Of a stretch of DNA of 64,000 bases, positions 28,576 through 37,597 are shown one piece after another. The stretch covers positions 320,001 to 384,000 of the forward strand of contig CAVSAC010000014.1 in the NCBI GenBank assembly GCA_963725865.1. Reading direction: 5' to 3'. The position numbers and the translations under genes are program-made. This DNA is from Candidatus Eiseniibacteriota bacterium. GTDB lineage: Bacteria; Eisenbacteria; RBG-16-71-46. Numbering within the stretch: position 1 is the first letter of the stretch; the number at the start of each line of letters is the position of its first letter. Below the pieces are notes generated by a model. That model saw nothing but the letters and a program-made list of their open reading frames with translations, had not been told where the DNA came from and made no database searches.

Positions 28576-31269
28576 TCACTCCAGCACCACCATCTTTCGC
28601 GTGGCGGTGCGGCCTCCGGCCTCGAGGCGGTAGAGGTACACGCCGGGCCTCCAGCGGTCGGCATGCACCGGCACGTCGTGGCGCCCTGCTTCCTGGAAGG
28701 CGTGATTGAGGAGCGTTGCGACGCGTCGCCCTTGCAGGTCGTAGATCGAGAGCGTCACCGCGGCTGCCTGCGGCAGTGAGAAGCGGATGATCGCGTTCGA
28801 TCGCGCCGGGTTTGGGATGCTCTGGGAGAGGGCGAACGCGAGCGGAGCGGGTGCGAGCTCGCCCGGAGCCGAGAACGCAGCGAGCCCGACGGCGGGAAGC
28901 CCCCCCGCGCGCGTGAATCCGCCGCCGACATGGAGCGTGCTGCCCTCCGCAGCAAGGGTCCAGACGAGCCCGTCCAGGCCCGGGTCCCAGTCGGTGGCGA
29001 GACCGGTCGCTGTATCCACCGCCGCCAGGCAGATGCGAGATTGGCCGCCGATGGTGCCGAAGCGGCCGCCGACGATGAGCGCCGAGTCCAGCAGCGCCAG
29101 CGCATAGACTCGCGACGGCGCCCCCCAGCCCGACATCCCCGGATACCAGGGAAGGGCGCTGCCGGTCTCGACATCGAGGGCCGCGATGGAGTTCCTCGCT
29201 TGTCCTCCGATCTGCTCGAAGCCACCACCCACGTAGAGCTTGTTGCCGCTGACGAGGAGAGCATCGACGATTCCGGGCACGACTTGCGGATCCCACGCCG
29301 AGACCGCACCAGTGAGTGCGTCGACCGCGGCCAGGCACGGTCGCCACTGTCCGCCGATTCGCTGGAAGCTCCCACCCACGTAGATCGAGTCCCCGCTTCG
29401 CGCGAGGGCGTTGACGGGCCAGTCCGCGTTCGGGTCCCAAGGGAGGATCTCCGCGGTCGTCGCGTCGAGCGCCGCAACGTAGTTGCGCGGCTGACCCCCA
29501 ACCTGCGTGAACTCCCCGCCCACGTAGAGCGTGTCACCCCGGAGCAGAAAGACTGTCCCGACGCTATTGCCGCCCGGGTTCCAGTCGGTGACTTCCCCGT
29601 TCAGCGTGTCGAGCGCGGCGAAGTACTGGCGTGGCTGCCGGTCACCACCGATGCTCGTGAAGGCGCCACTCACGAACACGCGATCCCCCTTCACCGCGAT
29701 CGCGGTGCAGATGACGCCGTTCGGATTCGGGTTCCACGGCTTGACCGTCCCGGTGGTCAGGTCGATCGCGGCCAGCCCGGCGCGGTGCTTCCATTCGCCC
29801 ATCAGGCTGAAGATCCCGCCCACGAGCACGGTGTCACCCCGCGGAAGGATGAGGCCAACCGGCTGATCAGGCTTGGGATTCCACGGCAGGAGCGCCCCGG
29901 TCGCTTGGCTGAACGCCGCGGCGAATGGACGACTCTCCGTCCCGAAGGATTCGAACCAGCCGCCCACATAGACCACTCCGCCACTCACCGTGATGGCGTC
30001 GCACAGACGGGGCGGGAACCCGTCGAGTGTCGGACCGATCTGGGGCGTGATCCACGAAAGCGCGTCGCCGGTGATCGCGTCAAGCGCCGCGACGCTGTGT
30101 CGCGGCTGCCCGCCGATCTGGATGAAATTGCCGGCCACGTAAAGCGTGTCGCCGACCAATGTCATCGCGTGAATCGAGGGAAACGGCACGTAGTCGAGGT
30201 AGATGCCCAACGCGCGAGCATCGAACGGCAGGACTTGAGCTGTCGGGATATCCACGGCCGCGACCATGCGCCGCCTGATTCCGGCGATCCCCCCGAACTC
30301 GCCGGCGACGAAGAGGGTATCGCCACGAGGCAGGAGCGCCATGACGCCATAGGTCGCGTCCGCCCGCCACGGGCTCACCTCACCACTCGAGGCGTCCACG
30401 GCTGCAAGGCAGGTACGCGGCTGTCCGCCGATTTCCGAAAAGTAGCCTCCCACGAACACCAGACTGTCGTGGACCGCGAGCGCGGAGATCCCGCCCTCGA
30501 CGTTGGTGTCGAGGTCCCAGTCCAGCACCGCCCCCGTCGCTACGTCCACGCAGCCGAGGTTCTCATGGGGCCGGCCGCCGATCTCCCGGAAGGCGCCGCC
30601 CACGAACAGCCGGCTGCCGTGGATCGCCATCGCAATGACCACCGGTGGATCGATGTAGCCGGGAGATCCGGTTACGCTCGGATTCCAATCCGTTACCGAT
30701 CCGTCTGCACGGACCTGGGCCAGACAGGCGCGAGGCTTGCCGCCGAAGACAGTGAACTCGCCGCCGATGTACCAGCCGCCCGAACCGTCGGGGACAATCA
30801 CATTGACCGGGCCTGCGACCTTCGGGAAAGGCCTCAGCGCCTCTCCCGTCCTGGCGTCGACCGGGACGAACCCACCGCTGTTCTCGCCCACCGACCGGAA
30901 CGACCCGGCGATGTAGAGCGTGCTCCCCGACCGGGCGATGTCGAGCACGTTCCCATTTGCTCCCCACAGATTCGGGTCCGCGATTGGCGATCCCGTTGAC
31001 GAAGTGCCCGCAACGTGGCTGGCGACTCCGAGCGCGCCCGTTCCGACATCGCGCGTCGCTCTCGAGCCGCGCCACCAGGATCGGTGCAAGTAGCGATCGA
31101 ATCCGGGCGAGTGCCTGCCTTGCCCGGAGTCAGCCGCGAACACGCCGCTCGTGTCGGGAGACGGTGGCCCCCAGGCGGGAGGCGCCGTGCCCGAAGTCGC
31201 AGCCTGAGGGCCGAGGCCGGGCGCGAGCAGGCCGATGCCGAGCAAGATGCAGAGTCTCAGCTTCGCCAC
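28576..31269 (-). CDS. Module 2 gene B: secreted 14-repeat beta-propeller protein with T9SS/FlgD-like C-terminal domain
   Basis: Signal peptide; 14 GGxF repeats; QSIPNP...YDLQGRRV...GVYLYRL..TRKMVVLE. Confidence 0.8.
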   Translation of the reverse strand: MAKLRLCILLGIGLLAPGLGPQAATSGTAPPAWGPPSPDTSGVFAADSGQGRHSPGFDRYLHRSWWRGSRATRDVGTGALGVASHVAGTSSTGSPIADPNLWGANGNVLDIARSGSTLYIAGSFRSVGENSGGFVPVDARTGEALRPFPKVAGPVNVIVPDGSGGWYIGGEFTVFGGKPRACLAQVRADGSVTDWNPSVTGSPGYIDPPVVIAMAIHGSRLFVGGAFREIGGRPHENLGCVDVATGAVLDWDLDTNVEGGISALAVHDSLVFVGGYFSEIGGQPRTCLAAVDASSGEVSPWRADATYGVMALLPRGDTLFVAGEFGGIAGIRRRMVAAVDIPTAQVLPFDARALGIYLDYVPFPSIHAMTLVGDTLYVAGNFIQIGGQPRHSVAALDAITGDALSWITPQIGPTLDGFPPRLCDAITVSGGVVYVGGWFESFGTESRPFAAAFSQATGALLPWNPKPDQPVGLILPRGDTVLVGGIFSLMGEWKHRAGLAAIDLTTGTVKPWNPNPNGVICTAIAVKGDRVFVSGAFTSIGGDRQPRQYFAALDTLNGEVTDWNPGGNSVGTVFLLRGDTLYVGGEFTQVGGQPRNYVAALDATTAEILPWDPNADWPVNALARSGDSIYVGGSFQRIGGQWRPCLAAVDALTGAVSAWDPQVVPGIVDALLVSGNKLYVGGGFEQIGGQARNSIAALDVETGSALPWYPGMSGWGAPSRVYALALLDSALIVGGRFGTIGGQSRICLAAVDTATGLATDWDPGLDGLVWTLAAEGSTLHVGGGFTRAGGLPAVGLAAFSAPGELAPAPLAFALSQSIPNPARSNAIIRFSLPQAAAVTLSIYDLQGRRVATLLNHAFQEAGRHDVPVHADRWRPGVYLYRLEAGGRTATRKMVVLE

Positions 31270-31281
31270 TGGTCCCTCCGC

Positions 31282-33486
31282 CTACCGCAGCATCACGATC
31301 TTCGAGCGTCGCGAACCGCCGCCGAAGGTCAACCGGACGAAGTACATCCCGCTCGCCACCCGGGCGCCACTGCGATCGCGCCCGTCCCAGGTCACTTCCG
31401 TCGCACCGGCCGGTAGCTCGCGGTCGACGAGCGTGGCGCGGCGCCGGCCCGCGATGTCGTAGACCGCCAGTCGCACCGCCATCCGCGAGGGCAGCTCGAG
31501 CCTCAGACCCACCTCAGGTGCGCCCCACCGCAGGCGCGAGACCGCCATCCGCACTTCGCTGCCCAAGCCCGCACCGTCGCCGACCGCTGCGATCGTCGGG
31601 CAGTAGAGCAGAAAGCTGTCGACCGTCGCGTTTGCGGGCGGAAGCACATCCCTGATATCAACCGAGGCCAACTGATCGTTCCAGGCTGCCAGATACTGCG
31701 TCGAGTTGATCCGCAGGAACTCGCTCGCATGCCAGTCTAGTAGCTCGCCCGGTTGATCTTCAGCCGCATCCAGCAACAACACCGGGTCGGTCCAATTCGT
31801 GGCGACCGTGTCGGCCGGGTCGGCGCTGGGGGTCGTCTCGAAGAAGATCTGATCGTTGTTGACGGTATACGGCATCCACCACTGCCCGTTGCGTCTGAAG
31901 ATGTGCGGCGATTCGACCACCCTCGTGTCTCCCTGGAACGTGGGCCGCTCGGTGCTACTGAACGGATCCTGGAACGCCTGCCACGTGATGAGATCGGAGG
32001 ATCTCGCCGCCCCCACCGCCATCTTGGGTGTGCAATCTGGGTCTATGCTCACATCGCACGAATCCACGGCCACGAAATACATCAGCCACTGGCCGAGATT
32101 GATCGGGTCCTCCATCACGAACGGGTCGCGGAGCTGCTGGCCGTCGAAGTTCCCTGGGTTCTTGCTGGCCCACGGAATATCGGGCGCAGTCAGGACGACA
32201 TCATCGGCGGGCTCCCAGGTGATGAGGTCGGTCGAGGTCGCCCTGCCGATGCGCTGATTGCGCCGAAACACTCCGAGCTGGGGCTGCTCGACTCGCACGC
32301 CGGTGTAGAACATCCAGAACGTCGGCCCGCGCTGGACGATGGTCGGCGCCCAGACGTGGAACTCGTCGAACTTGCCCGACCGCACCTTCAGCGCACATGT
32401 ATCGGCGCGGCTCAGACCGCCACAGGGAGTCATCGGACAGTCCGGGTCCTGCCGGCAGGGGCCGTACCAGGAGTTGAAGTTGGTGGTGTAGATGTGGCCG
32501 ATGCTCTTCTCGTTCAGGTCTGGGAACGGCCCAATGCCCGTCGTATCGTCGTACCAGTAGTTGTGGCGGATGTAGAAGAGGTGGAGGGCGAATCGACTGG
32601 TGGATTCGTCCACGAATCCCCGCGTGAACGCGAAGTCCTTCGGCTGGATCACGTAGAGCTGTCCTGTCGGCGGCGGGGAGAGCAGTTCCTCGAAGAAGCG
32701 CGCCCCACAGCTCTGCGGGCTCTCGGACGCGGGCTCGTTGTCGGCAGCAAGCGTGGCCCCCGAGACCGCCCCCATCGGCGAGCCGACCGTCACCTGGCAC
32801 TCGGGCAGCAAGGCCGCTACCGACGCGACCCCCGTCACCGAACCGTCGGTCCGCGATGTCACACTGAGCGGCAGGCTCCAAGACGAGTCCGGCGCCATGA
32901 TGCTCATCGTGTTCGCCGCGTTCAGCCCGAACCCGATCGCGGTCACCTGCAGTTGCAGCGACCGATGGACGCTGAAGGCGTGTAGCACCGCCGCCGGATA
33001 CTCCCCCCACGCTCCGCCATTGAACGTGGCTTCGTTTGATTCGACGACCAGCGTGGAATCGTCCGGATCCAGCGCCACCGCCTTGAATCGCCCTCGACTC
33101 TCCGCCGGCAGGTCCAGCAGGTACTCGGCGATCGTGGCGATCGGTCCTTCGTCCGAGCAGAACTGGATCGTGCGCAGATGCGCGGCGCTGTCCGCGGGCG
33201 TCGATGGTCCGTCGACCGCCGACACCTGCGCGAGATTCTCCTCACACGCGAACTGCGCGTCGATCGGCACCGGACTGATGTCGGTGCTGCCATCGGCGAC
33301 CCACAGCAGCCGCCACTCCGAGGGCAAGCGCTGCTCGCTCGAGTCCGACTGCACCACCAGCGTGCAGCGCGTCGCTTCCGTGAAGCTCAGCGTGGTGGCG
33401 CCGGAGCCCCAATGGAGCTGCAGCGCGAACGACGGGCGTGGAATCAGCATGGCCATGAGCAATAGAACCCCGAGGACGCGGCACAT
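31282..33486 (-). CDS. Module 2 gene A: secreted GH32/GH43-like propeller protein with FlgD-Ig-like C-terminus
   Basis: PKDF, HVWAPTI, STDLITW, LRDPF, VESP; WDGRD..G..VASGMYF. Confidence 0.75.
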   Translation of the reverse strand: MCRVLGVLLLMAMLIPRPSFALQLHWGSGATTLSFTEATRCTLVVQSDSSEQRLPSEWRLLWVADGSTDISPVPIDAQFACEENLAQVSAVDGPSTPADSAAHLRTIQFCSDEGPIATIAEYLLDLPAESRGRFKAVALDPDDSTLVVESNEATFNGGAWGEYPAAVLHAFSVHRSLQLQVTAIGFGLNAANTMSIMAPDSSWSLPLSVTSRTDGSVTGVASVAALLPECQVTVGSPMGAVSGATLAADNEPASESPQSCGARFFEELLSPPPTGQLYVIQPKDFAFTRGFVDESTSRFALHLFYIRHNYWYDDTTGIGPFPDLNEKSIGHIYTTNFNSWYGPCRQDPDCPMTPCGGLSRADTCALKVRSGKFDEFHVWAPTIVQRGPTFWMFYTGVRVEQPQLGVFRRNQRIGRATSTDLITWEPADDVVLTAPDIPWASKNPGNFDGQQLRDPFVMEDPINLGQWLMYFVAVDSCDVSIDPDCTPKMAVGAARSSDLITWQAFQDPFSSTERPTFQGDTRVVESPHIFRRNGQWWMPYTVNNDQIFFETTPSADPADTVATNWTDPVLLLDAAEDQPGELLDWHASEFLRINSTQYLAAWNDQLASVDIRDVLPPANATVDSFLLYCPTIAAVGDGAGLGSEVRMAVSRLRWGAPEVGLRLELPSRMAVRLAVYDIAGRRRATLVDRELPAGATEVTWDGRDRSGARVASGMYFVRLTFGGGSRRSKIVMLR

Positions 33487-33829
33487 GGAACGGCCTCCAT
33501 TCTACTGCCGGTGAGGCGTAGCGCGGCCGTCGCGTCGATGGAGTGCGCGCGACGGCGACAAGCGGGTGTGAGGGCAGAGACCGTGCGCGAGGGCGAGGGG
33601 CCCGAGGCAGGACGACGGCACGGCGGCGGACATGATCAACGCCTGAGGCGAAGGGCCGCGCGAGTGAGGGTGCCGCGCGCGCGAGGTTGGTGGCTCGCGC
33701 GCAAGCAGTGTCCGCCCGCGACCGGGGGGGGGGGCAAGCGGTATTCGTTGCGGGATGGAGAAACGTCCTGCTCCCGCCGGCTCTCACGACTTCGGGATGC
33801 CTCGCCTTGCCGCTATGGGAGTCCGTGCC
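33487..33829 (-). promoter_or_regulatory. Conserved module leader with G11 tract (33724-33734) and remnant of the vWA-gene 3' end
   Basis: Proximal part matches 27300-27579; 33751-33829 aligns ungapped with 45661-45739. Confidence 0.7.
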
Positions 33830-33859
33830 GCGCGACGCTGTGCGTGCGGCAACGCGAGA

Positions 33860-33887
33860 GGCCGGAGCGTGTGTCCACGCCCCGGCC
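33860..33887 (-). terminator. Hairpin downstream of the aminotransferase (also at 27681-27708 and 22339-22366)
   Basis: GGCCGGGGCGTG-GACA-CACGCTCCGGCC stem-loop; no strong U tract. Confidence 0.45.
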
Positions 33888-33913
33888 CTCGCCGTCCACG
33901 CCGATGACGGCGC

Positions 33914-35083
33914 TCAGCGCGCGCGCACGCTCAGGAACTCGTGCATGCTCTGCAGCGCGATCTGGATGTTCTCGAGGCTGTTCGCGTACGAAAAGCGGAT
34001 GTAGCCCTCCCCCCACGCGCCGAACGAGGTGCCCGAGAGGCACGCGACGCCGGCGTCCTGGAGCAGCGCCTCGGCCAGCTCGGCGCTCTTCATGCCGGTG
34101 CCGGTGATGTTCGGCCACGCGTAGAACGCGCCCGCCGGCATGTGGCAGCGCACGCCGGGCAGCGCGTTCAGGCCCTCGACGATCGCCTTCCGGCGCTTGA
34201 GGAACTCGGTCACCATCGCCTTCGCCTCGTCCTGCGGTCCCGTCAGCGCCGCCATGCCGGCCTTCTGCGTGAACGTCGCGGTGCACGAGGTGACGTTGGT
34301 CTGCAGCCGCGCGCACGCCTGGGCGAGCGACTTCTCCATGATGCCGAAGCCCAACCGCCAGCCGGTCATCGCGTAGGTCTTCGAGAACCCGTCGAGCACG
34401 ATGGTGCGCTCGGCCATGCCCGGCAGCGAGGCGATCGAGACGTGGCGGCCGTCGTACTGGATGCGGCCGTAGATCTCGTCCGACAGGATGTAGAAGCTGT
34501 GCTTGCGCGCGATCGCCGCCAGCCCCTCGACGGTCTCGGGCTTGAGCACCGAGCCGGTCGGGTTGTGCGGCGAGTTGAGGATCACCAGCTTGGTGCGCGC
34601 GGTGATCTTGGACTCGAACTCCTTGAGGTCGATGTCGAAGTCGTGCTTCTCGTCGAGGCTGTACGGCACCGCGCGGGCGCCGAGAAAGTTCACGACCGAC
34701 TCGTAGATCGGGAAGCCGGGGTTCGGATAGAGGACGTCGTCGCCCTCGTCGACCAGCGCCTGCATGGCGAAGAACATGATCGGCTTGCCGCCCGGCACCA
34801 CCACCACGTTCTCCCAGTCGCACGGGATCCCGCGCTCGGCCTTCCAGATCTGGGCGATGGTCTTGCGGAACTCGGGCAGGCCGGCGGCCGGCCCGTAGTG
34901 CGTGAAGCCCGCCTCGATCGCCTCGGCCGCCGCCTTGCGCACGTGCACCGGCGTGTCGAAGTCGGGCTCGCCGATCTCGAGATGGACGATCTTGCGCCCC
35001 TTGGCCTCGAGGGCGCGCGCCTTCTCGAGGACCACGAACGCGGTCTCGGTCCCCAGGCGGCTCATACGCTGAGCGAACGACAT
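33914..35083 (-). CDS. Class I/II PLP-dependent (aspartate) aminotransferase, intact copy
   Basis: IGEPDFDTP, NSPHNPTG, SDEIY, GFSKTYAMTGWRLG; GAGGAGG RBS. Confidence 0.95.
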   Translation of the reverse strand: MSFAQRMSRLGTETAFVVLEKARALEAKGRKIVHLEIGEPDFDTPVHVRKAAAEAIEAGFTHYGPAAGLPEFRKTIAQIWKAERGIPCDWENVVVVPGGKPIMFFAMQALVDEGDDVLYPNPGFPIYESVVNFLGARAVPYSLDEKHDFDIDLKEFESKITARTKLVILNSPHNPTGSVLKPETVEGLAAIARKHSFYILSDEIYGRIQYDGRHVSIASLPGMAERTIVLDGFSKTYAMTGWRLGFGIMEKSLAQACARLQTNVTSCTATFTQKAGMAALTGPQDEAKAMVTEFLKRRKAIVEGLNALPGVRCHMPAGAFYAWPNITGTGMKSAELAEALLQDAGVACLSGTSFGAWGEGYIRFSYANSLENIQIALQSMHEFLSVRAR

Positions 35084-35093
35084 CGGTACCTCC

Positions 35094-36719
35094 TCACGGA
35101 TCCGGCGGCGGCCCATACGTGGGGGCTGTCCGAGTGCGCGCGCGGCGGGTCCAATCGAATGTCCACAGCAGCCGCGGTGGCTTGTCCGCCGCGGCGGTCA
35201 TCTCGAGCGTGGCGCGCAGCGCGCCTCCGCCGGCCGGCAGGCCGAGCTCGAGGCGCGTGCGCGCCCCGGCGCCGGAGAGTGCTCTGAGCACCAGCCGATC
35301 GCTCCCGGCCTCGGGCAGATACACGGTCTCGCCGCTGCGCACGCGGAAGACCGCGTGCGTGAGGCGAATCGTCGGTCGCGGGGAGGCACCGGCGTCGATG
35401 CGGACGATGGTCACCGCGCGCACCGCCGCGCGCAGCACCGCGCGCTCGCCCCATACTTCGTGGCGCAGCGCGAGGGCGAGCCCGGGCGCGGTCGCGCGCC
35501 ACTCGCCCCACAGTCCTTGCCGGAACCCCGCGGCGCGCGAGGGCGGCTCGCGCCGCGCCCCGTGCTGCTCCTCGAGGCCGAGGATCAGGGCCCCATGTTC
35601 CGCCAAGTCCCGGTCCACTTCAAGCGCGCCCCGGGCGCCCGCGACCTGCGGGCGGAAGCGCCACAGCGCCCCGGACGCGGCGAGCCGCCACGGTCCTGAC
35701 GCGCGCCGGACATCCGTGGCCAATGCCTGCGCGGGACCGCTCCGGCGAGGCTCGGCGAGCGACCGGAACGCGGCCAGTCCGCCGCGGGCGCGCAGCACCA
35801 GGACGCCGTCCTCGAACGGTCGCACCAGCGCGCCTTCGGCCCGCCAACGCCCGCCCGCGTCCATCGCGAACTCGAGGTCGGCCGGCTCGCGCAGCAGGCT
35901 CACGCTGCCCTGGCCGCGACCGCCGCGCGCACCCAGCGCGCCGAGCCCGAAGCCGCCCGCGCTGAAGCCGCCGCCGGCGAGCTGCCGGCGCGCGAAGCGG
36001 CCCGCCATCAGCTCGAGCGAAGCACCGCCGCGAGCGCGCCGAAACGCGGCGCCCTCGCCGGCGCGGCCGCGGAACGCCGCGCCGCTGCCACGGTCGCGGG
36101 CCGCGTTCCCCCACGGGTCGGCCGCCGCGCCCAGCACCAGCCCGCGACCCCAGCGTGGCGCCAGCCGCCCGACCCGCATCGCGCCGCCCGCAATTGCGCC
36201 GTCGACGGTGGCGCCCGCGAGCGCGTCGCCGCCGCCCTCGCGCGCCGCACCGCGCATGCCGTCGCCGCGGAAGCGCACGCGCCGCGTCCGCCGTGGCGCC
36301 TCGCCGGGGCGCGCGCTGGCGCCCACGCCGACCTCGAGCGCGTCGTCGTCGAGCGTGTCGGCAGGCTCGTACTCGTAGTCCTGGCCCTCGACCCCCTCGG
36401 GCGGCGGCTCGATCGGCGCGCCCTCCGTCGTCGGCTCGAGCGGCGCGCTTTCCGTCGTCGGCACGACCGGCTCGCTCTCCGTAGTCGGCTCGATCGATCC
36501 GCCCTCCGTCGTCGGCACGACCGGCGCGCCCTCCGTCGTCGGCTCGAGCGGCGTGCCCTCCTGTGCGATCGCCGGCAGCGCGGCGAGCACGCGGAGCATC
36601 AGCGCCAGCAGCGCCGCCGCGATCGCCAGCGCGAGCGCGACGCGCGCGTGCGCGGCGAGCGCGCGCGGCGTGCGGCGCGCGGGTCGTTCGCGCGCGATGC
36701 GCGAGGGTCGCCGCCTCAC
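35094..36719 (-). CDS. Putative outer-membrane beta-barrel protein with N-terminal acidic tandem repeats
   Basis: Signal-like segment; WGRGLVL..FRG segment recalls the barrel region of FCB ComEA/HhH proteins; amphipathic strands. Confidence 0.5.
   Translation of the reverse strand: MRRRPSRIARERPARRTPRALAAHARVALALAIAAALLALMLRVLAALPAIAQEGTPLEPTTEGAPVVPTTEGGSIEPTTESEPVVPTTESAPLEPTTEGAPIEPPPEGVEGQDYEYEPADTLDDDALEVGVGASARPGEAPRRTRRVRFRGDGMRGAAREGGGDALAGATVDGAIAGGAMRVGRLAPRWGRGLVLGAAADPWGNAARDRGSGAAFRGRAGEGAAFRRARGGASLELMAGRFARRQLAGGGFSAGGFGLGALGARGGRGQGSVSLLREPADLEFAMDAGGRWRAEGALVRPFEDGVLVLRARGGLAAFRSLAEPRRSGPAQALATDVRRASGPWRLAASGALWRFRPQVAGARGALEVDRDLAEHGALILGLEEQHGARREPPSRAAGFRQGLWGEWRATAPGLALALRHEVWGERAVLRAAVRAVTIVRIDAGASPRPTIRLTHAVFRVRSGETVYLPEAGSDRLVLRALSGAGARTRLELGLPAGGGALRATLEMTAAADKPPRLLWTFDWTRRARTRTAPTYGPPPDP
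36394..36555 (-). repeat. Six in-frame 27-bp tandem repeats (PxxPTTExx)
   Basis: Units begin at 36394, 36421, 36448, 36475, 36502, 36529. Confidence 0.9.
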
Positions 36720-37597
36720 GGCGCCGCTCCCCCACCCAGCATCAGCGAGAGCCGCGCGGTCTCGCCCAGCACCGGATGGCTCTCGACGCTCGCCGCCACG
36801 CCGACGCCACGCGCGCGTGCCGCCAGCCCGAGAGTCGCGCGCAGCGGAGCGTCGCGCGCTTCGGCCCACACCGAGGCCGGCCCCGCGGCCAGCACCAGCC
36901 CGCCCACGCTGGTGCCGCCCCCCGGATCGCGCGAGACCGGCGCTTCACGCGCGAGCCACACCTGGGCGGGGCCCGCGACCATCGACACGCCGACGATCAA
37001 CGGGCGCGGCAGCGGCGGCGACTCGCCCGCGCGCCACACCTGGGGAGCGCTCGCCCAGAGCGTGGCGCCGCCCGCAGTCGCGAGCCAGGCGCCAGCGCCC
37101 GCCTCGAGGCCCACGCCGGCGCCGAGGCGCGTGAGGCGCTCGCCCGGCATGCGGTCGCGACGCGCGACTCCGCGCAGCGCCGCACCGCCGCGCGCGCTCG
37201 CCACTCCGAGTGCGGCGCCGGCGGCGTTCCAGCCCAGCTCGGCGTCGCCGGTCTGCGACAGGCCGGCGCCTGCGCGCAGCGCGCGCCACCCGCCGCCGAG
37301 CGCCACCGCGCGGGTGGTGAGCCCCGGCACCGCGTGCCACGAGGTGGTGGCGCATGCGAGCGCGAGCCCGCCGCGCGGCGAGGGCCAGCCCGCATCGATC
37401 AGCGCGAGCGGCGAGCGTGCCGCCGCCGGCGCCACGCCGGGCGCGGGCGCGTCGAAGTCCTGCGGGTGCGCGGCGGACGCGAGCGCGAGGACGAGCATGA
37501 ACGCCAGCGCGCTGGCGCGCGAGCGTGCGGCCCGTGTACGGACGTGCGCGAGCGCAGCCCGCGCGCCAGCGCTCCAGCGACGCTCACGCGCGCTCAC
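36716..37597 (-). CDS. Hypothetical exported/outer-membrane protein
   Basis: GTGA-coupled to both neighbours; signal-like segment; C-terminal SHPVLGET.RLSL. Confidence 0.55.
   Translation of the reverse strand: MSARERRWSAGARAALAHVRTRAARSRASALAFMLVLALASAAHPQDFDAPAPGVAPAAARSPLALIDAGWPSPRGGLALACATTSWHAVPGLTTRAVALGGGWRALRAGAGLSQTGDAELGWNAAGAALGVASARGGAALRGVARRDRMPGERLTRLGAGVGLEAGAGAWLATAGGATLWASAPQVWRAGESPPLPRPLIVGVSMVAGPAQVWLAREAPVSRDPGGGTSVGGLVLAAGPASVWAEARDAPLRATLGLAARARGVGVAASVESHPVLGETARLSLMLGGGAAP

Noticed and set aside
36394..36555. CRISPR-like array
   Set aside because: Contiguous 27-bp in-frame coding repeats with no unique spacers and no cas genes
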